Shown piece by piece: positions 1 through 9,855 of a stretch of 64,000 nucleotides of DNA. Source of the DNA: an uncultured archaeon. GTDB taxonomy: Archaea > Asgardarchaeota > Lokiarchaeia > Sigyniarchaeales > SOKP01. The stretch is from contig CAZDTP010000014.1 in the NCBI GenBank assembly GCA_964508365.1, forward strand, positions 1-64,000, written 5' to 3'. Every line of letters begins with the position of its first letter. Within the stretch, counting starts at the first letter, position 1. The position numbers were made by a program, and so were the translations under genes. Below the pieces are notes generated by a model. The model saw only the letters and a list, made by a program, of their open reading frames with translations. It searched no databases and was not told where the DNA came from.

Positions 1-81
1 ATACTCTACCTGAAATAAACGCCCCTCTGGGCTAAAAACCGTTAAAGCTCGATCGTAAGTGCGAGCTCCTCCACCAAACAT
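1..81 (-). CDS. psmA: Proteasome alpha subunit, N-terminal 27 aa (runs off the window start; not in the ORF track)
   Basis: Reverse strand from ATG at 81 reads [27 protein letters not shown], the YDRxxTxFSPEGRLxQVEY signature of proteasome alpha subunits. Confidence 0.93.
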   Translation of the reverse strand, partial: MFGGGARTYDRALTVFSPEGRLFQVEY

Positions 82-161
82 AATTTTAACCAAATATTAT
101 TTGATATTTGTACTTAGAAAATTAAATAACCAATTTTAATTTATTGTTTATACCTTAAAAA

Positions 162-722
162 CTAAATTTTTCCAGAAGTTTTAAGGATTTCTAGCGTCAG
201 TATCTTAAAAATTTCGCCTATTGAATCGCCTTCTTTCGCACTTGTTTCAAAATATTTCATAGCATGCATTTCACTTTTTACAGCTTCTCCATCCTGTTCT
301 GCTACTTCCCTTTGACCTTGTTTTGCTAAATCAAGTTTATTGCCAACGACTAAACTCGGTTTTTGCCCAATAACTTTTTCAACTTCGTCTCGCCATTCTA
401 GTAAATCTGCGAACGAAGAACGTCTTGTCAGATCAAACACATAAATTATACCAGTAGCTCCACGATAGAATGGAGGTCTAACAAATGAAAAATGTTTTTG
501 GCCAGCGAGATCCCAAAGCTGAAGTTTAACTTGTAGTTGCGGGTGATCTGCCAATTCTACAGTTTTAGTGCTGAAATTTGACCCAATTGTCATTAAATAA
601 CTTTCTTTAAAAGAATTTTCGCAATATCTTAAAACCATGGAAGTCTTTCCGACGCCACCGTTTCCCACGACGCAGATTTTATAAATGAATGATTTTTGAT
701 ATTTTGTGTGATTTGAGAACAT
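162..722 (-). CDS. Rab-like small GTPase (Ras superfamily)
   Basis: G1 GNGGVGKTS, G2/RabF1-like TIGSNF, G3 WDLAGQ, RabF4-like FYRGA, G4 NKLD, G5 ETSAK. No C-terminal prenylation cysteine. Confidence 0.92.
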   Translation of the reverse strand: MFSNHTKYQKSFIYKICVVGNGGVGKTSMVLRYCENSFKESYLMTIGSNFSTKTVELADHPQLQVKLQLWDLAGQKHFSFVRPPFYRGATGIIYVFDLTRRSSFADLLEWRDEVEKVIGQKPSLVVGNKLDLAKQGQREVAEQDGEAVKSEMHAMKYFETSAKEGDSIGEIFKILTLEILKTSGKI

Positions 723-843
723 AGCGTTTCAATAATTAAAATAGTTATAATATTATATTATATTCAAATAATAAAAATAATCATATTAAATATTTTTTCT
801 ATTTTCATTGTAATTTTAAAATAAATTAGGAGAATTTAGCAGC

Positions 844-1623
844 ATGAATGAGATGAATACTAAAATCAAAAGATTCGCTCAACTAATTTTAGATGCTAAA
901 AACATTGTAGCTTTAACTGGGGCAGGAATGGGGACCGAGAGCGGAATTGCTGATTTTAGAAGTCCGGGAACTGGTTTATGGGAAAAGGTTAATCCCGACG
1001 AGTTTGCTAGTATTCATTCTTACGTATCAAATCCTAAGAAAAACTTGGATTTTATGCTTGAATTGGGTATGGCTATATTTGTAGCTAAGCCTAATAAGGG
1101 TCATAAAGCATTGACTAAATTGCAAAAACTTGATAAATTAAATGGAATTCTCACTCAAAATATAGATGGTTTGCATCAAAAGGCACATAGCAAGAATGTT
1201 GTAGAGCTACACGGAACTGCTTATGAAGCGATATGTATGGGATGTGGTAACATCTACCCAATTACAGTTATGATTGATCAGGTTAGAATTGGAAAATATA
1301 ATCCATCATGTGAAGCATGTAACGGTTTATTGAAACCAAATGCAATTTTCTTTGGAGAACCATTACGTTCGGAAACATTAATTCAAGCAGACAGATTAAT
1401 AGAAGAATGTGATTTGTTGATTGTTTTGGGTAGTTCGTTGTTAATATATCCCGTTGCGTTTTATCCAAGAAAAGCGCTTTCTTTAGGTGCGAAATTAGCT
1501 ATTATTAATATTCAAGAAACTGATGTAGATGCTTCAGCGGATTTGGTTATTCACGATAAGATTGGGGATGTCTTTCCTCGTATCGTTAGTATTGTAAAAA
1601 ATGAAATTGAAGAAGGACATTAA
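844..1623 (+). CDS. cobB: Sir2-family NAD-dependent protein deacylase
   Basis: TGAGMGTESGIADFR, TQNIDGLHQKA, ELHG, CxxC...CxxC zinc site, LGSSL and IIN motifs. Confidence 0.95.
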   Translation: MNEMNTKIKRFAQLILDAKNIVALTGAGMGTESGIADFRSPGTGLWEKVNPDEFASIHSYVSNPKKNLDFMLELGMAIFVAKPNKGHKALTKLQKLDKLNGILTQNIDGLHQKAHSKNVVELHGTAYEAICMGCGNIYPITVMIDQVRIGKYNPSCEACNGLLKPNAIFFGEPLRSETLIQADRLIEECDLLIVLGSSLLIYPVAFYPRKALSLGAKLAIINIQETDVDASADLVIHDKIGDVFPRIVSIVKNEIEEGH

Positions 1624-1722
1624 TGGAACATAATTTTACTTTTGTATTCTCAAGAATAATATAAATAAGGAATAATAAATAAAAAAAATTTAGTATTTAA
1701 GCTCTGGAAATCATCCAGAAAA

Positions 1723-3438
1723 TTATTTTCTCAAGCTCTTTTTATCAACTTTACCTACCGTAGTAAGCGGTAATTCTTCTGTTATTTCTATTATTTTTGG
1801 TACTTCATATGGAGAGCAATTCTCTTTAGCAAACGCTGTAATATCCTTCTTTAAAGCTTCCTCGTTTCCGTCGTAACTATAATCAGGATCTAATTGTATA
1901 ATTGCTTTAACGATTTCAGAGCCTGGTCTTTCAGGGTTATCAACACCTATCGTAGCAACCATCCCAATAGCTGGATGTTTAACTAAAGTATCTTCTAATT
2001 TTGCGGAAAATACCTTAAATCCACCGACAATTATCATATCTTTCGTTCTATCCACGATTTTAACGTATCCCGCTTCATCCATTAAACCTACATCTCCAGT
2101 GTGCATAAAACCATCTTTATCTATTGCTTGTTTAGTTTCTTCGGGTTTATTGAAGTATCCTTTCATAACTTGCGGACCTTTAACACAGATTTCACCAGCT
2201 TCTCCTAAGGGCACATCCTTACCTGTATTGGGATCTACCAACTTAAATTCCTCATTGGTTAGTGGTAAACCAATACTACCAAGTTTTTTAACTCCTACAG
2301 ATGGATTACTCGCTGTAAGAGGGGATGTTTCCGTCATACCATACGCTTCGATTAATTTACCTTTACCTACAATAGCTTCGAGTTCTCTTTGAGATACTTC
2401 TGGAAAAGGTGCAGCTGCAGAAACGCAAAAGTCTAGTTTCGAATGGTCTAGTACTTTAAATTTAGGATTTTTCATCAAAATTTGATATAGTGAAGGCACA
2501 TTTGCTAAAACTGATGGTTCATATTTAGCCATTTCTTTAATAATATGATCTGAATCTCTTGGGTTTGGTATTAAAATTTGACTCCAACTGAGGTAGATTA
2601 CATTTAAGGTTGTAAATGTCCCTGCGATGTGGAAGAATGGGAATCCTGAAAGCGCTACTCCTTTCCCTCTTTCCCAATTAAGCCATTTCTGAAATATAAC
2701 TATATCAGAGACTATGTTTTTATGGGTTAACATTGCTCCTTTTGGAGGTCCTGTGGTTCCACCAGTATATTGAATGAATGCTAAATCATCAGGTTTAAAA
2801 ACTGCTTTTGGTAACTCTTTAGAATAGGTAGTTAGCATGTCTTTGTGAAAATCCATTACTGTGACTCCTTCTAAAGGAGTAATCTTTCCTTTTGGAATTT
2901 TACCAATTAATTTTCCTAAAACTTGTTTTATTTTTGGAAGGTATCCTCCTACACTAGTAGCTATTGCTAATTTTAATTGCGGTATTTTTGAAGCGATTTT
3001 TGTCAATCTACCAGCAAAAATTGCATCTAAAGTTAATAGTGCGACTTTATTCCCTCCAGATCCCAAATCGTTCAGTTGATATTGCATTTGCATGTCTGAA
3101 AGAAGAGGTGAAACGCCTGAAACAATACAGCCTGCTTTTAAAGTACCAATGATTCCTATTAAATATTCTGGCATATTTGGTAAATTAATACCCACAACAT
3201 CTCCGGTTTTAAATCCGTTTTCAATTAACATGTTGGCAAATTGACTTGAAGCCTCATCTAAATCCTTGTATGTAAAAATTACCCCCAAATAATCAAAGGC
3301 CATTTTTTCCGGAAATTCTTCCATTGTTCGTCTAATAGCTTGGGGATAAGTCATTTCAAACTCCTTAGGGTCCAGATCTTTGACATGACTATCCCAAGAT
3401 TTTTTCCATATTTTATCTTTATACGACATTTTTAACAT
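1723..3438 (-). CDS. Long-chain fatty-acid-CoA ligase (AMP-binding family), copy 1
   Basis: QYTGGTTGPPKG, YGMTETSP, GEICVKGPQVMKGY, TGD, DRTKDMI and terminal GKVDKK motifs. Confidence 0.93.
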   Translation of the reverse strand: MLKMSYKDKIWKKSWDSHVKDLDPKEFEMTYPQAIRRTMEEFPEKMAFDYLGVIFTYKDLDEASSQFANMLIENGFKTGDVVGINLPNMPEYLIGIIGTLKAGCIVSGVSPLLSDMQMQYQLNDLGSGGNKVALLTLDAIFAGRLTKIASKIPQLKLAIATSVGGYLPKIKQVLGKLIGKIPKGKITPLEGVTVMDFHKDMLTTYSKELPKAVFKPDDLAFIQYTGGTTGPPKGAMLTHKNIVSDIVIFQKWLNWERGKGVALSGFPFFHIAGTFTTLNVIYLSWSQILIPNPRDSDHIIKEMAKYEPSVLANVPSLYQILMKNPKFKVLDHSKLDFCVSAAAPFPEVSQRELEAIVGKGKLIEAYGMTETSPLTASNPSVGVKKLGSIGLPLTNEEFKLVDPNTGKDVPLGEAGEICVKGPQVMKGYFNKPEETKQAIDKDGFMHTGDVGLMDEAGYVKIVDRTKDMIIVGGFKVFSAKLEDTLVKHPAIGMVATIGVDNPERPGSEIVKAIIQLDPDYSYDGNEEALKKDITAFAKENCSPYEVPKIIEITEELPLTTVGKVDKKSLRK

Positions 3439-3627
3439 CGATTTCTTATTATTTGATTTTTATTGTAAAAAAAGTGTTAAAAAATAGAAATGATTCTTTT
3501 CGATATAAAGTTTTAAGTTTTAAATTTCTCGTGAGAACCATGTAACAAAAGAATTCCAGAAGTAGTTTAGGTTATTAATTGTAATAATAAAAAACAAAAA
3601 AAAAAAGAAATTAGATTATAAAAAATC

Positions 3628-5355
3628 TTATTCACTTCTTAAAACTTTCTTATCTACCTTACCAACAACCGTTAGTGGAAGCTCTTCTGAGATTTCTACT
3701 AATTTTGGGACTTCATAGGGGGCGCAATTTTCTTTTGCAAAAGAAATTATATCCTCCTTTAATGCTTCTTTATTCCCATCAAATTCAAACTCGGGATCTA
3801 TCTGTACAAATGCTTTCACTATTTCAGATCCAGGTCTATCTGGATTTGGGATGCCCACTAACGCGACCATTCCGATTGCAGGATGTTTAGAAAGGTTATC
3901 TTCTACTTTTGCACTAAAAACCTTAAAACCTCCTACAATAATCATGTCTTTAGTTCGATCGACAATTCTGAGGTACCCATCCTCATCCATTATTCCTACA
4001 TCCCCACTATGCATATAACCGTCCTTGTCAATGGCTTTAGCCGTTTCTTCAGGTTTCATCCAGTATCCTTGCATTACAAGTGGACCTTTCACACAAATTT
4101 CTCCAGGTTCTCCGAGAGGTACCACTTCACCTGTATCGGGATCCACAAGTTTCAGATCGACATTTTGTATCGGCATACCTACTTTACCTAGTTGTTTTTC
4201 CCCAATAGATGGGTTCATAGTGGCTACAGGACTCAATTCTGTCATCCCATAAAGTTCTAGTAATTTTCCTAGACCCACTATCGCTTCTAGTTTTTCCTGA
4301 GATTCTTTTGGAAACGGAGAGGCTGCAGAAATGCACATTCGTAATTTGCTGTGATCCAAACGCTTAAACTTTTTAAAATTTATTAATATTTGATACAAAG
4401 ATGGTACATTTACTAGAACGGTCGGATTATATATTTTTATTTGATTACAGATATGAAGCGCATCTCTGGGATTAGCAATGAGGATTTGACCCCACCCTAA
4501 GGAAAGAGCACCTTCGCACACCGTTAACCCCGCAATGTGAAATATTGGGAAGCCAGATAATAACATTCCATCTCCTTCTTTCCATTGTAACCAAGCTCTA
4601 AGACTTAACAAATTAGATATACAATTTCGGTGACTCAGCATAGCACCCTTGGGTGGTCCCGTTGTTCCACCAGTGTATTGGATCCAGCCAATATCATCTG
4701 GTGAAATATCCACTTTTGGTAATTCATTAGAAAATTTTGCCAAAACATCGTCTTGGTAATTATACACGACCTTTCCTTCTATTGGAGTGACTTCTCCAGA
4801 AGGAATATCTTGAACCGCCTTAATTTTAGCCTGTGATTCTTTATCAAACGATCCGACAACACTCGTCCATACAACAACCTTTAATTTTGGTAATTTATCA
4901 GCAATTTTTTTCAATCTATGTTCAAATATTGCATCAAGTGTAACTAAGGCAACCTGTTTTTCTCCTTTACCAAGATCTTCTAATTGATACTGCATCTGAA
5001 TGTCAGACATTAAAGGGCTAACTCCCGACACGATACAACCTGCTTTAAGTGTGCCCACTACGGAATAGATATATTCTGGAATATTTGCTAAATTAATACC
5101 TACAGCGTCTCCTTTCTTAAACCCATTTTCAATTAACATATTAGCGAATTGATTGGAACGCTTGTCTACATCGTTGAAGGTCATTTCTAAGCCTTGATAA
5201 GAAAGAGCCATGACATTTGGATATTTATCGAATATCTCTCTCATAAACTCAGGATAAGTGGTTTCGAACTCTTTCGGATCGAGATCAGTAACGCCTGGGT
5301 CCCAATTCTTTCGCCAAAATCTACTTTCGTACGGACTTGACATTTTTTTTGTCAC
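3628..5355 (-). CDS. Long-chain fatty-acid-CoA ligase (AMP-binding family), copy 2
   Basis: QYTGGTTGPPKG, YGMTELSP, GEICVKGP, DRTKDMIIVGGFKV. Colinear paralog of 1723..3438. Confidence 0.93.
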   Translation of the reverse strand: MTKKMSSPYESRFWRKNWDPGVTDLDPKEFETTYPEFMREIFDKYPNVMALSYQGLEMTFNDVDKRSNQFANMLIENGFKKGDAVGINLANIPEYIYSVVGTLKAGCIVSGVSPLMSDIQMQYQLEDLGKGEKQVALVTLDAIFEHRLKKIADKLPKLKVVVWTSVVGSFDKESQAKIKAVQDIPSGEVTPIEGKVVYNYQDDVLAKFSNELPKVDISPDDIGWIQYTGGTTGPPKGAMLSHRNCISNLLSLRAWLQWKEGDGMLLSGFPIFHIAGLTVCEGALSLGWGQILIANPRDALHICNQIKIYNPTVLVNVPSLYQILINFKKFKRLDHSKLRMCISAASPFPKESQEKLEAIVGLGKLLELYGMTELSPVATMNPSIGEKQLGKVGMPIQNVDLKLVDPDTGEVVPLGEPGEICVKGPLVMQGYWMKPEETAKAIDKDGYMHSGDVGIMDEDGYLRIVDRTKDMIIVGGFKVFSAKVEDNLSKHPAIGMVALVGIPNPDRPGSEIVKAFVQIDPEFEFDGNKEALKEDIISFAKENCAPYEVPKLVEISEELPLTVVGKVDKKVLRSE

Positions 5356-5721
5356 ATATTTTCTGTTTTTGATTAAATAAAATTTGTTAATAATTAATAC
5401 TGACGATATTAGTTAAAAAGTTTTGAATTTTTGATCATTTATTTAGAATGTTTGGTTGAAAAAGTAGAACTCGATAATTTTAATTTCTATTAAATTGGTG
5501 CAATGATTTTTGTCGATACATTAAAAGCTCGAAATTACAAATCTTTTTTTATTTTTACTTTCACTTTCCTCTCTCTGTCTCCATGAAATGCTAATTCTTT
5601 TAAAGAGAATTACTCTTCTAGCTTAAATAATTATCTTACGAAATTTATTTATGCTTCTAGCAAATTTTAGAAAATTGTCGGAGTTACACAATTTTAGTTT
5701 GAGGTATACTTCACCTAGATA

Positions 5722-6477
5722 ATGTCTTTCAGATCGGGGTTAAAAGTGTATCGGAAAAACAAGAGAGTTCCCTTAGTTTCGAGCGGCGATTCAACGCTGG
5801 ACGAGCTATTGGGAGAGGGTGGTTTCCAAAAAGACTTGGTTTATCTTCTTTATGGAGACAAAAAAAAAACTTCGAACATTTTATTAACCACTTCTGTTAT
5901 TGCTCAGAAATCTTTTGCTAATGGCGGTCTTGGAGAGGAAATTAAGGTTGCGTATATTGACGCAAATAATCGCTTTAATCCATATAATGTAAGTAAATTT
6001 GCTGTTTCCCAAAATTTATCACCTCGAAAAGTGTTAGAAAACATCCTTATTGCTCGTGCGTTTACTTGGGATCAAATGGTAGAACTTCTAGAGAATAGAC
6101 TCTCCAAACTTGAAGACATAAAAGTTGTTCTAATCTCTGGCATCACTACGCTATTTCAAGGCTACGAAAAACAGACTTTTGAAGATTTACTAAGAGCTAT
6201 AAGTGGGATTAAAGCAATTCTGTACAAAACAAAACCTTTAATCCTCTTAACTGCTCCAATGAACGAATATTCTCTTTACAGGCCCAATGGAGGAAAAATT
6301 CTTTCCCACTTCGGAAGCGTATTAATAATGATAAACGAAGACGAGCGATACACCGAATATGTTCTTGTTCAACACCCTTACTTGCCAGAAAATCGCCTTC
6401 TAAAATGGAAGCCGCGCCTTCCTAAAAGAAATTTGGCAAATACTACGAAAAACATGACTTTAGATTGCTGGGTTTAG
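5722..6477 (+). CDS. RadA/RecA-fold protein with degenerate ATPase motifs (PolB2-associated, ImuA-like)
   Basis: GDSTLDELLGEGG, AYID and 'LENILIARAFTWDQ' match the RadA core. Walker A reads YGDKKKTS; the Walker B strand VVLISG lacks the Asp. Confidence 0.8.
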   Translation: MSFRSGLKVYRKNKRVPLVSSGDSTLDELLGEGGFQKDLVYLLYGDKKKTSNILLTTSVIAQKSFANGGLGEEIKVAYIDANNRFNPYNVSKFAVSQNLSPRKVLENILIARAFTWDQMVELLENRLSKLEDIKVVLISGITTLFQGYEKQTFEDLLRAISGIKAILYKTKPLILLTAPMNEYSLYRPNGGKILSHFGSVLIMINEDERYTEYVLVQHPYLPENRLLKWKPRLPKRNLANTTKNMTLDCWV

Positions 6478-6540
6478 CTTTAAGAAATGTTTAAATATTT
6501 ATAACATGAATCGAAATAAGAATAAAAGACATTTGAAAGT

Positions 6541-6951
6541 TTAATCTTTCTTTTTATAGAAGTTAGGATCCTTTTCTTCGAGGGTTAAAGGATCTCCACC
6601 ATATTGAACTTTCTTACCTCTATAGTAAAGCTCTGATTTCTCCTCACAAATCTCGTTCCATTTGTTAAGACCTAACTTCTCAATCATTAATAAGTTATAA
6701 ACCTTTGAGTTGTGTGGTGTAAAAATCTCGAAACTAACAATGGGCTGCAATTTCTCGCATGGGAAGTCTTTACATTCGTAACAGAACTCATAACCTTTAT
6801 TTGTGATGCATTGAAAGGTTTTACATACTGGAAATTTCGATATCTGGCCCTTAAGCGTTCGGCAACCCTTGCAATTAAAGGATTGAACTCCGGGACACCT
6901 TTTGCAGTAAATTCCACAAGGAGCGTGCCAGTTTTTTAATTCTTCATTCAC
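6541..6951 (-). CDS. DUF3795-like Cys-rich protein
   Basis: APCGIYCKRCP...CKGCR...CKTFQC...FCYECKDFPCEKL cysteine pattern. Confidence 0.75.
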   Translation of the reverse strand: MNEELKNWHAPCGIYCKRCPGVQSFNCKGCRTLKGQISKFPVCKTFQCITNKGYEFCYECKDFPCEKLQPIVSFEIFTPHNSKVYNLLMIEKLGLNKWNEICEEKSELYYRGKKVQYGGDPLTLEEKDPNFYKKKD

Positions 6952-7117
6952 AAAAAAAAATGTGAGGAATCATTTAAAAACATATTGAGAGCTAAGAAGA
7001 AGAGAACGACTATCTGAGTTATACCAAAAAAATTAGTAAATTTCAAAGGTATTTTTCTTTAAATTTCCTTAAAGACTTACTAGCGAGATACTTGAAATAA
7101 TACCGAACGTGTAAAAT

Positions 7118-7390
7118 ATGGGAAGGACAGTACCTGCTTTTAGACCCGCTTTAGAGCACGAAATAGAAAGTTGGAAAGAGTTCAAAAGAGCACTTAGGGC
7201 AGAGGACCAAACAATTTTTAATAAATTGATGAACTACGCTAGAATCCATGCTGATGCTGGAAGCCTAGGAGCTCGCCCAATGCTCTCCGAAATTCTCTTT
7301 ATTTCGTTTGCAATTGAACAAGAAAGGAAAATTGGGCAATTGGAGAAGAAAATCGAAGAATTAGAGGAATTAATAAAGGGAATAGAATAA
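7118..7390 (+). CDS. Small helical protein associated with PolB2 (arCOG07300-like)
   Basis: MGRTVPAFRPALEHEIESWKEFKRALRAEDQ N-terminus with a coiled-coil tail; ends 2 nt before polB2. Family assignment is from memory of PolB2 operons. Confidence 0.72.
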   Translation: MGRTVPAFRPALEHEIESWKEFKRALRAEDQTIFNKLMNYARIHADAGSLGARPMLSEILFISFAIEQERKIGQLEKKIEELEELIKGIE

Positions 7391-7392
7391 AG

Positions 7393-9855
7393 TTGGATTC
7401 GCAAACGACTTTTAATGGGTGGCTTCTAGATGTATCCACATATAGCGAAGGAGTTATCCTCTGGGTAAAAACCGCAAAAGAACAGAAAGTAATAAGAATA
7501 TATCACCAGTTCAATCCCGAATTTTTCGCTGCTCCTAAAGATGATGTTGGTAATGACCTAAAGAGAATGCAATATATTCTTACTCAAAATCAGAATGTAA
7601 AGAAAGTCCGTATCTGTGAAAAATATGTGAAACTAGAGGACCATGAAAAAACGAAAGTTCTTGGCGTCACTGTTGAAAAACCGTCGGTGTTTAAGAAAAC
7701 TATAAAAGAAATCAATAAAATAGGATTATTTACACTGTTTAATACGGATCTCCCAATTACTCAGATGTACTTCTATGTCAACGACCTTTTCCCTATGTCT
7801 TTTTGCTGCTTTAAGATTAAGGTCGAAAATAGCAGCGGGAAGAATGATAGATTTTTACGTCTTGTTTCTATAGATTTACAGGACGATAATGAAGAACTTT
7901 TCTACGATTTACCCCCACTAAGAGCCGTCTGGTTAGATGTAAAAATTAATTACCAAGGAATTAAGCCATATTATAACGATCCTATTTCTTATGCCGAAAT
8001 CAGTATAGTTCAGAATGATGAAGACAATGTTCCTCGGGCAGATGGGTACAAAAAACGGAAAATAGTAATTGACAAGAGAAATGAAGCTGAAATTTTAAGG
8101 ACTATCAGTAAAGAAATAGAACGCCTTAATCCCGATATTATCCTTACGCAAAATGGGGACGAATTCCTCTTCCCTTACTTGGTTGCCCGGGCTTCGGAGA
8201 ATCGAATAACAAGTGACCTCTACTTATCCCGAGATAAGAAACCATTGGCAAAGTGTATCTTCGATCTTTCGGGGGGTTCAGACCACTACATGTCCTATGG
8301 TATCATTAGGCGTCGTTCAAGAACTCAAGTGTACCTAACTGGTAGATTTCACTTAGACACAACCACTTACGCCAGTCTTCACTTTTCTGAAGGCAATATT
8401 CCCGGAGTTATTGAAGTTGCCCGCATATCGAGAATTACACTCCAAAGATTAAGTCGCGTGACCATCGGAGGAGCGCTCCAATCAATACAGTTTTATTACG
8501 CTTACAAGCTTGACCATCTGATTCCTCCATTCAAGAAAAATCCCGAAGGGTTCAGTACTGGAATGGATTTAATAAAAAGCGACCGTGGTGGTCATATCTT
8601 CGAACCAATCATTGGAGTATTTGACCAAGTGGTAGAACTAGATTTTTCCTCGATGTATCCTTCTTTAATGGCCAACTTTAACATCTCATCAGAGACTATA
8701 AATTGTAAGTGCTGCAAAGACGATGGCACTGGTATAAAAGTTCCGGGATTGGACTTTCATATTTGTTCAAAAAGGGAAGGTATTATATCAAAAGCTATAA
8801 GTTTGCCATTAAAAAAGAGATTGAAGTACAAAGAATATGTCCGCAAAACTGGAAATGTTCGCTATAACTTCACAGATATCGCTCTTAAATGGGTGCTTGT
8901 AGTAAGTTTTGGATATTTAGGCTTCAAAAATGCTCGATTTGGAAAGATAGAAGCGCATCAGACAGTTTGTGCTTTTGCTCGCGAGTTTCTCATGCGTTCT
9001 GCTGAGATCGCTGAAGAACACGGATGTAAAATTATACATGGAATTGTCGATTCAATATGGTTGAAAGACACAAAAAATCGGAGTCCTGAAGAATTCGAAC
9101 AAATCTCAATAGAAGTCTCAGAAGAAATCACTAAAAGCGTAGGTATTCCAATGAGCTGGGATGGAAGGTACAATGTAATTGTTTTTCTTCCCTCTCGTGC
9201 AGAACCAGACATCCCAGCGCTGAGTCACTATTGGGGTATTAAGATCGACGGAGAAATAAAAGTACGAGGCGTCGAAGTCCGACGTAGAGATGTACCAAAA
9301 ATCGTTAAAGACGCACAGTATGCGTTTATAGATGTGTTTCAGGGAGTAACTACGACCGAAGAATTCATGAGAAGAATCCCAAAAGCCAAGAGCATGCTCT
9401 ACCGTTACATAGACAAGATAGAGACTGGTAAAGTTTCGCGTGATGAACTTACAATTCGCCAAAGAATTTCTAGAAAACCTTCACAATACAAGGTAAACTC
9501 CTATCAAGCTGTTGCTGCAAGACAATTAGAAAGATCAGGTGTTGTGGTGACTCCTGGTAAAAATGTACGGTATATTATACTGAATGCCGAAGCTGATCCT
9601 GAATTTCCTGAGAAGAAGGTAATTCTATCAGACATCTACGACGATAAAAAGCATCAGTATGATAAGAAAAAATATGCCGAACTACTGAAAAGAGCTTTTG
9701 AAAGCATATTTCCTTTTGAGTTTCCTGAACTAGAAGAAATGGTGAAGTCAGATATCATGAGAAAATCTCATCAAATGGATATGTCTTGCTACATTAAGGA
9801 ATCCGATTTAAAAAGTACTCAGCGTAATCGAAGATACGGCAATGATAAAGACTAG
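7393..9855 (+). CDS. polB2: Family B DNA polymerase, PolB2 group (degenerate exonuclease, variant motif C)
   Basis: Motif A DFSSMYPS, motif B KWVLVVSFGYLG, motif C HGIVDS instead of YGDTDS, exonuclease acidic residues degenerate. TTG start. Confidence 0.88.
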   Translation: MDSQTTFNGWLLDVSTYSEGVILWVKTAKEQKVIRIYHQFNPEFFAAPKDDVGNDLKRMQYILTQNQNVKKVRICEKYVKLEDHEKTKVLGVTVEKPSVFKKTIKEINKIGLFTLFNTDLPITQMYFYVNDLFPMSFCCFKIKVENSSGKNDRFLRLVSIDLQDDNEELFYDLPPLRAVWLDVKINYQGIKPYYNDPISYAEISIVQNDEDNVPRADGYKKRKIVIDKRNEAEILRTISKEIERLNPDIILTQNGDEFLFPYLVARASENRITSDLYLSRDKKPLAKCIFDLSGGSDHYMSYGIIRRRSRTQVYLTGRFHLDTTTYASLHFSEGNIPGVIEVARISRITLQRLSRVTIGGALQSIQFYYAYKLDHLIPPFKKNPEGFSTGMDLIKSDRGGHIFEPIIGVFDQVVELDFSSMYPSLMANFNISSETINCKCCKDDGTGIKVPGLDFHICSKREGIISKAISLPLKKRLKYKEYVRKTGNVRYNFTDIALKWVLVVSFGYLGFKNARFGKIEAHQTVCAFAREFLMRSAEIAEEHGCKIIHGIVDSIWLKDTKNRSPEEFEQISIEVSEEITKSVGIPMSWDGRYNVIVFLPSRAEPDIPALSHYWGIKIDGEIKVRGVEVRRRDVPKIVKDAQYAFIDVFQGVTTTEEFMRRIPKAKSMLYRYIDKIETGKVSRDELTIRQRISRKPSQYKVNSYQAVAARQLERSGVVVTPGKNVRYIILNAEADPEFPEKKVILSDIYDDKKHQYDKKKYAELLKRAFESIFPFEFPELEEMVKSDIMRKSHQMDMSCYIKESDLKSTQRNRRYGNDKD

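Noticed and set aside
3526-3537. TTCTCGTGAGAA near-palindrome upstream of acyl-CoA ligase copy 1
   Set aside because: No matching site found upstream of copy 2; a single short palindrome is weak evidence.
9807-9813. T TTA AAA slippery heptamer suggesting a -1 frameshift in polB2
   Set aside because: The -1 frame hits TAA within 6 codons; only the +1 frame reaches the wHTH.
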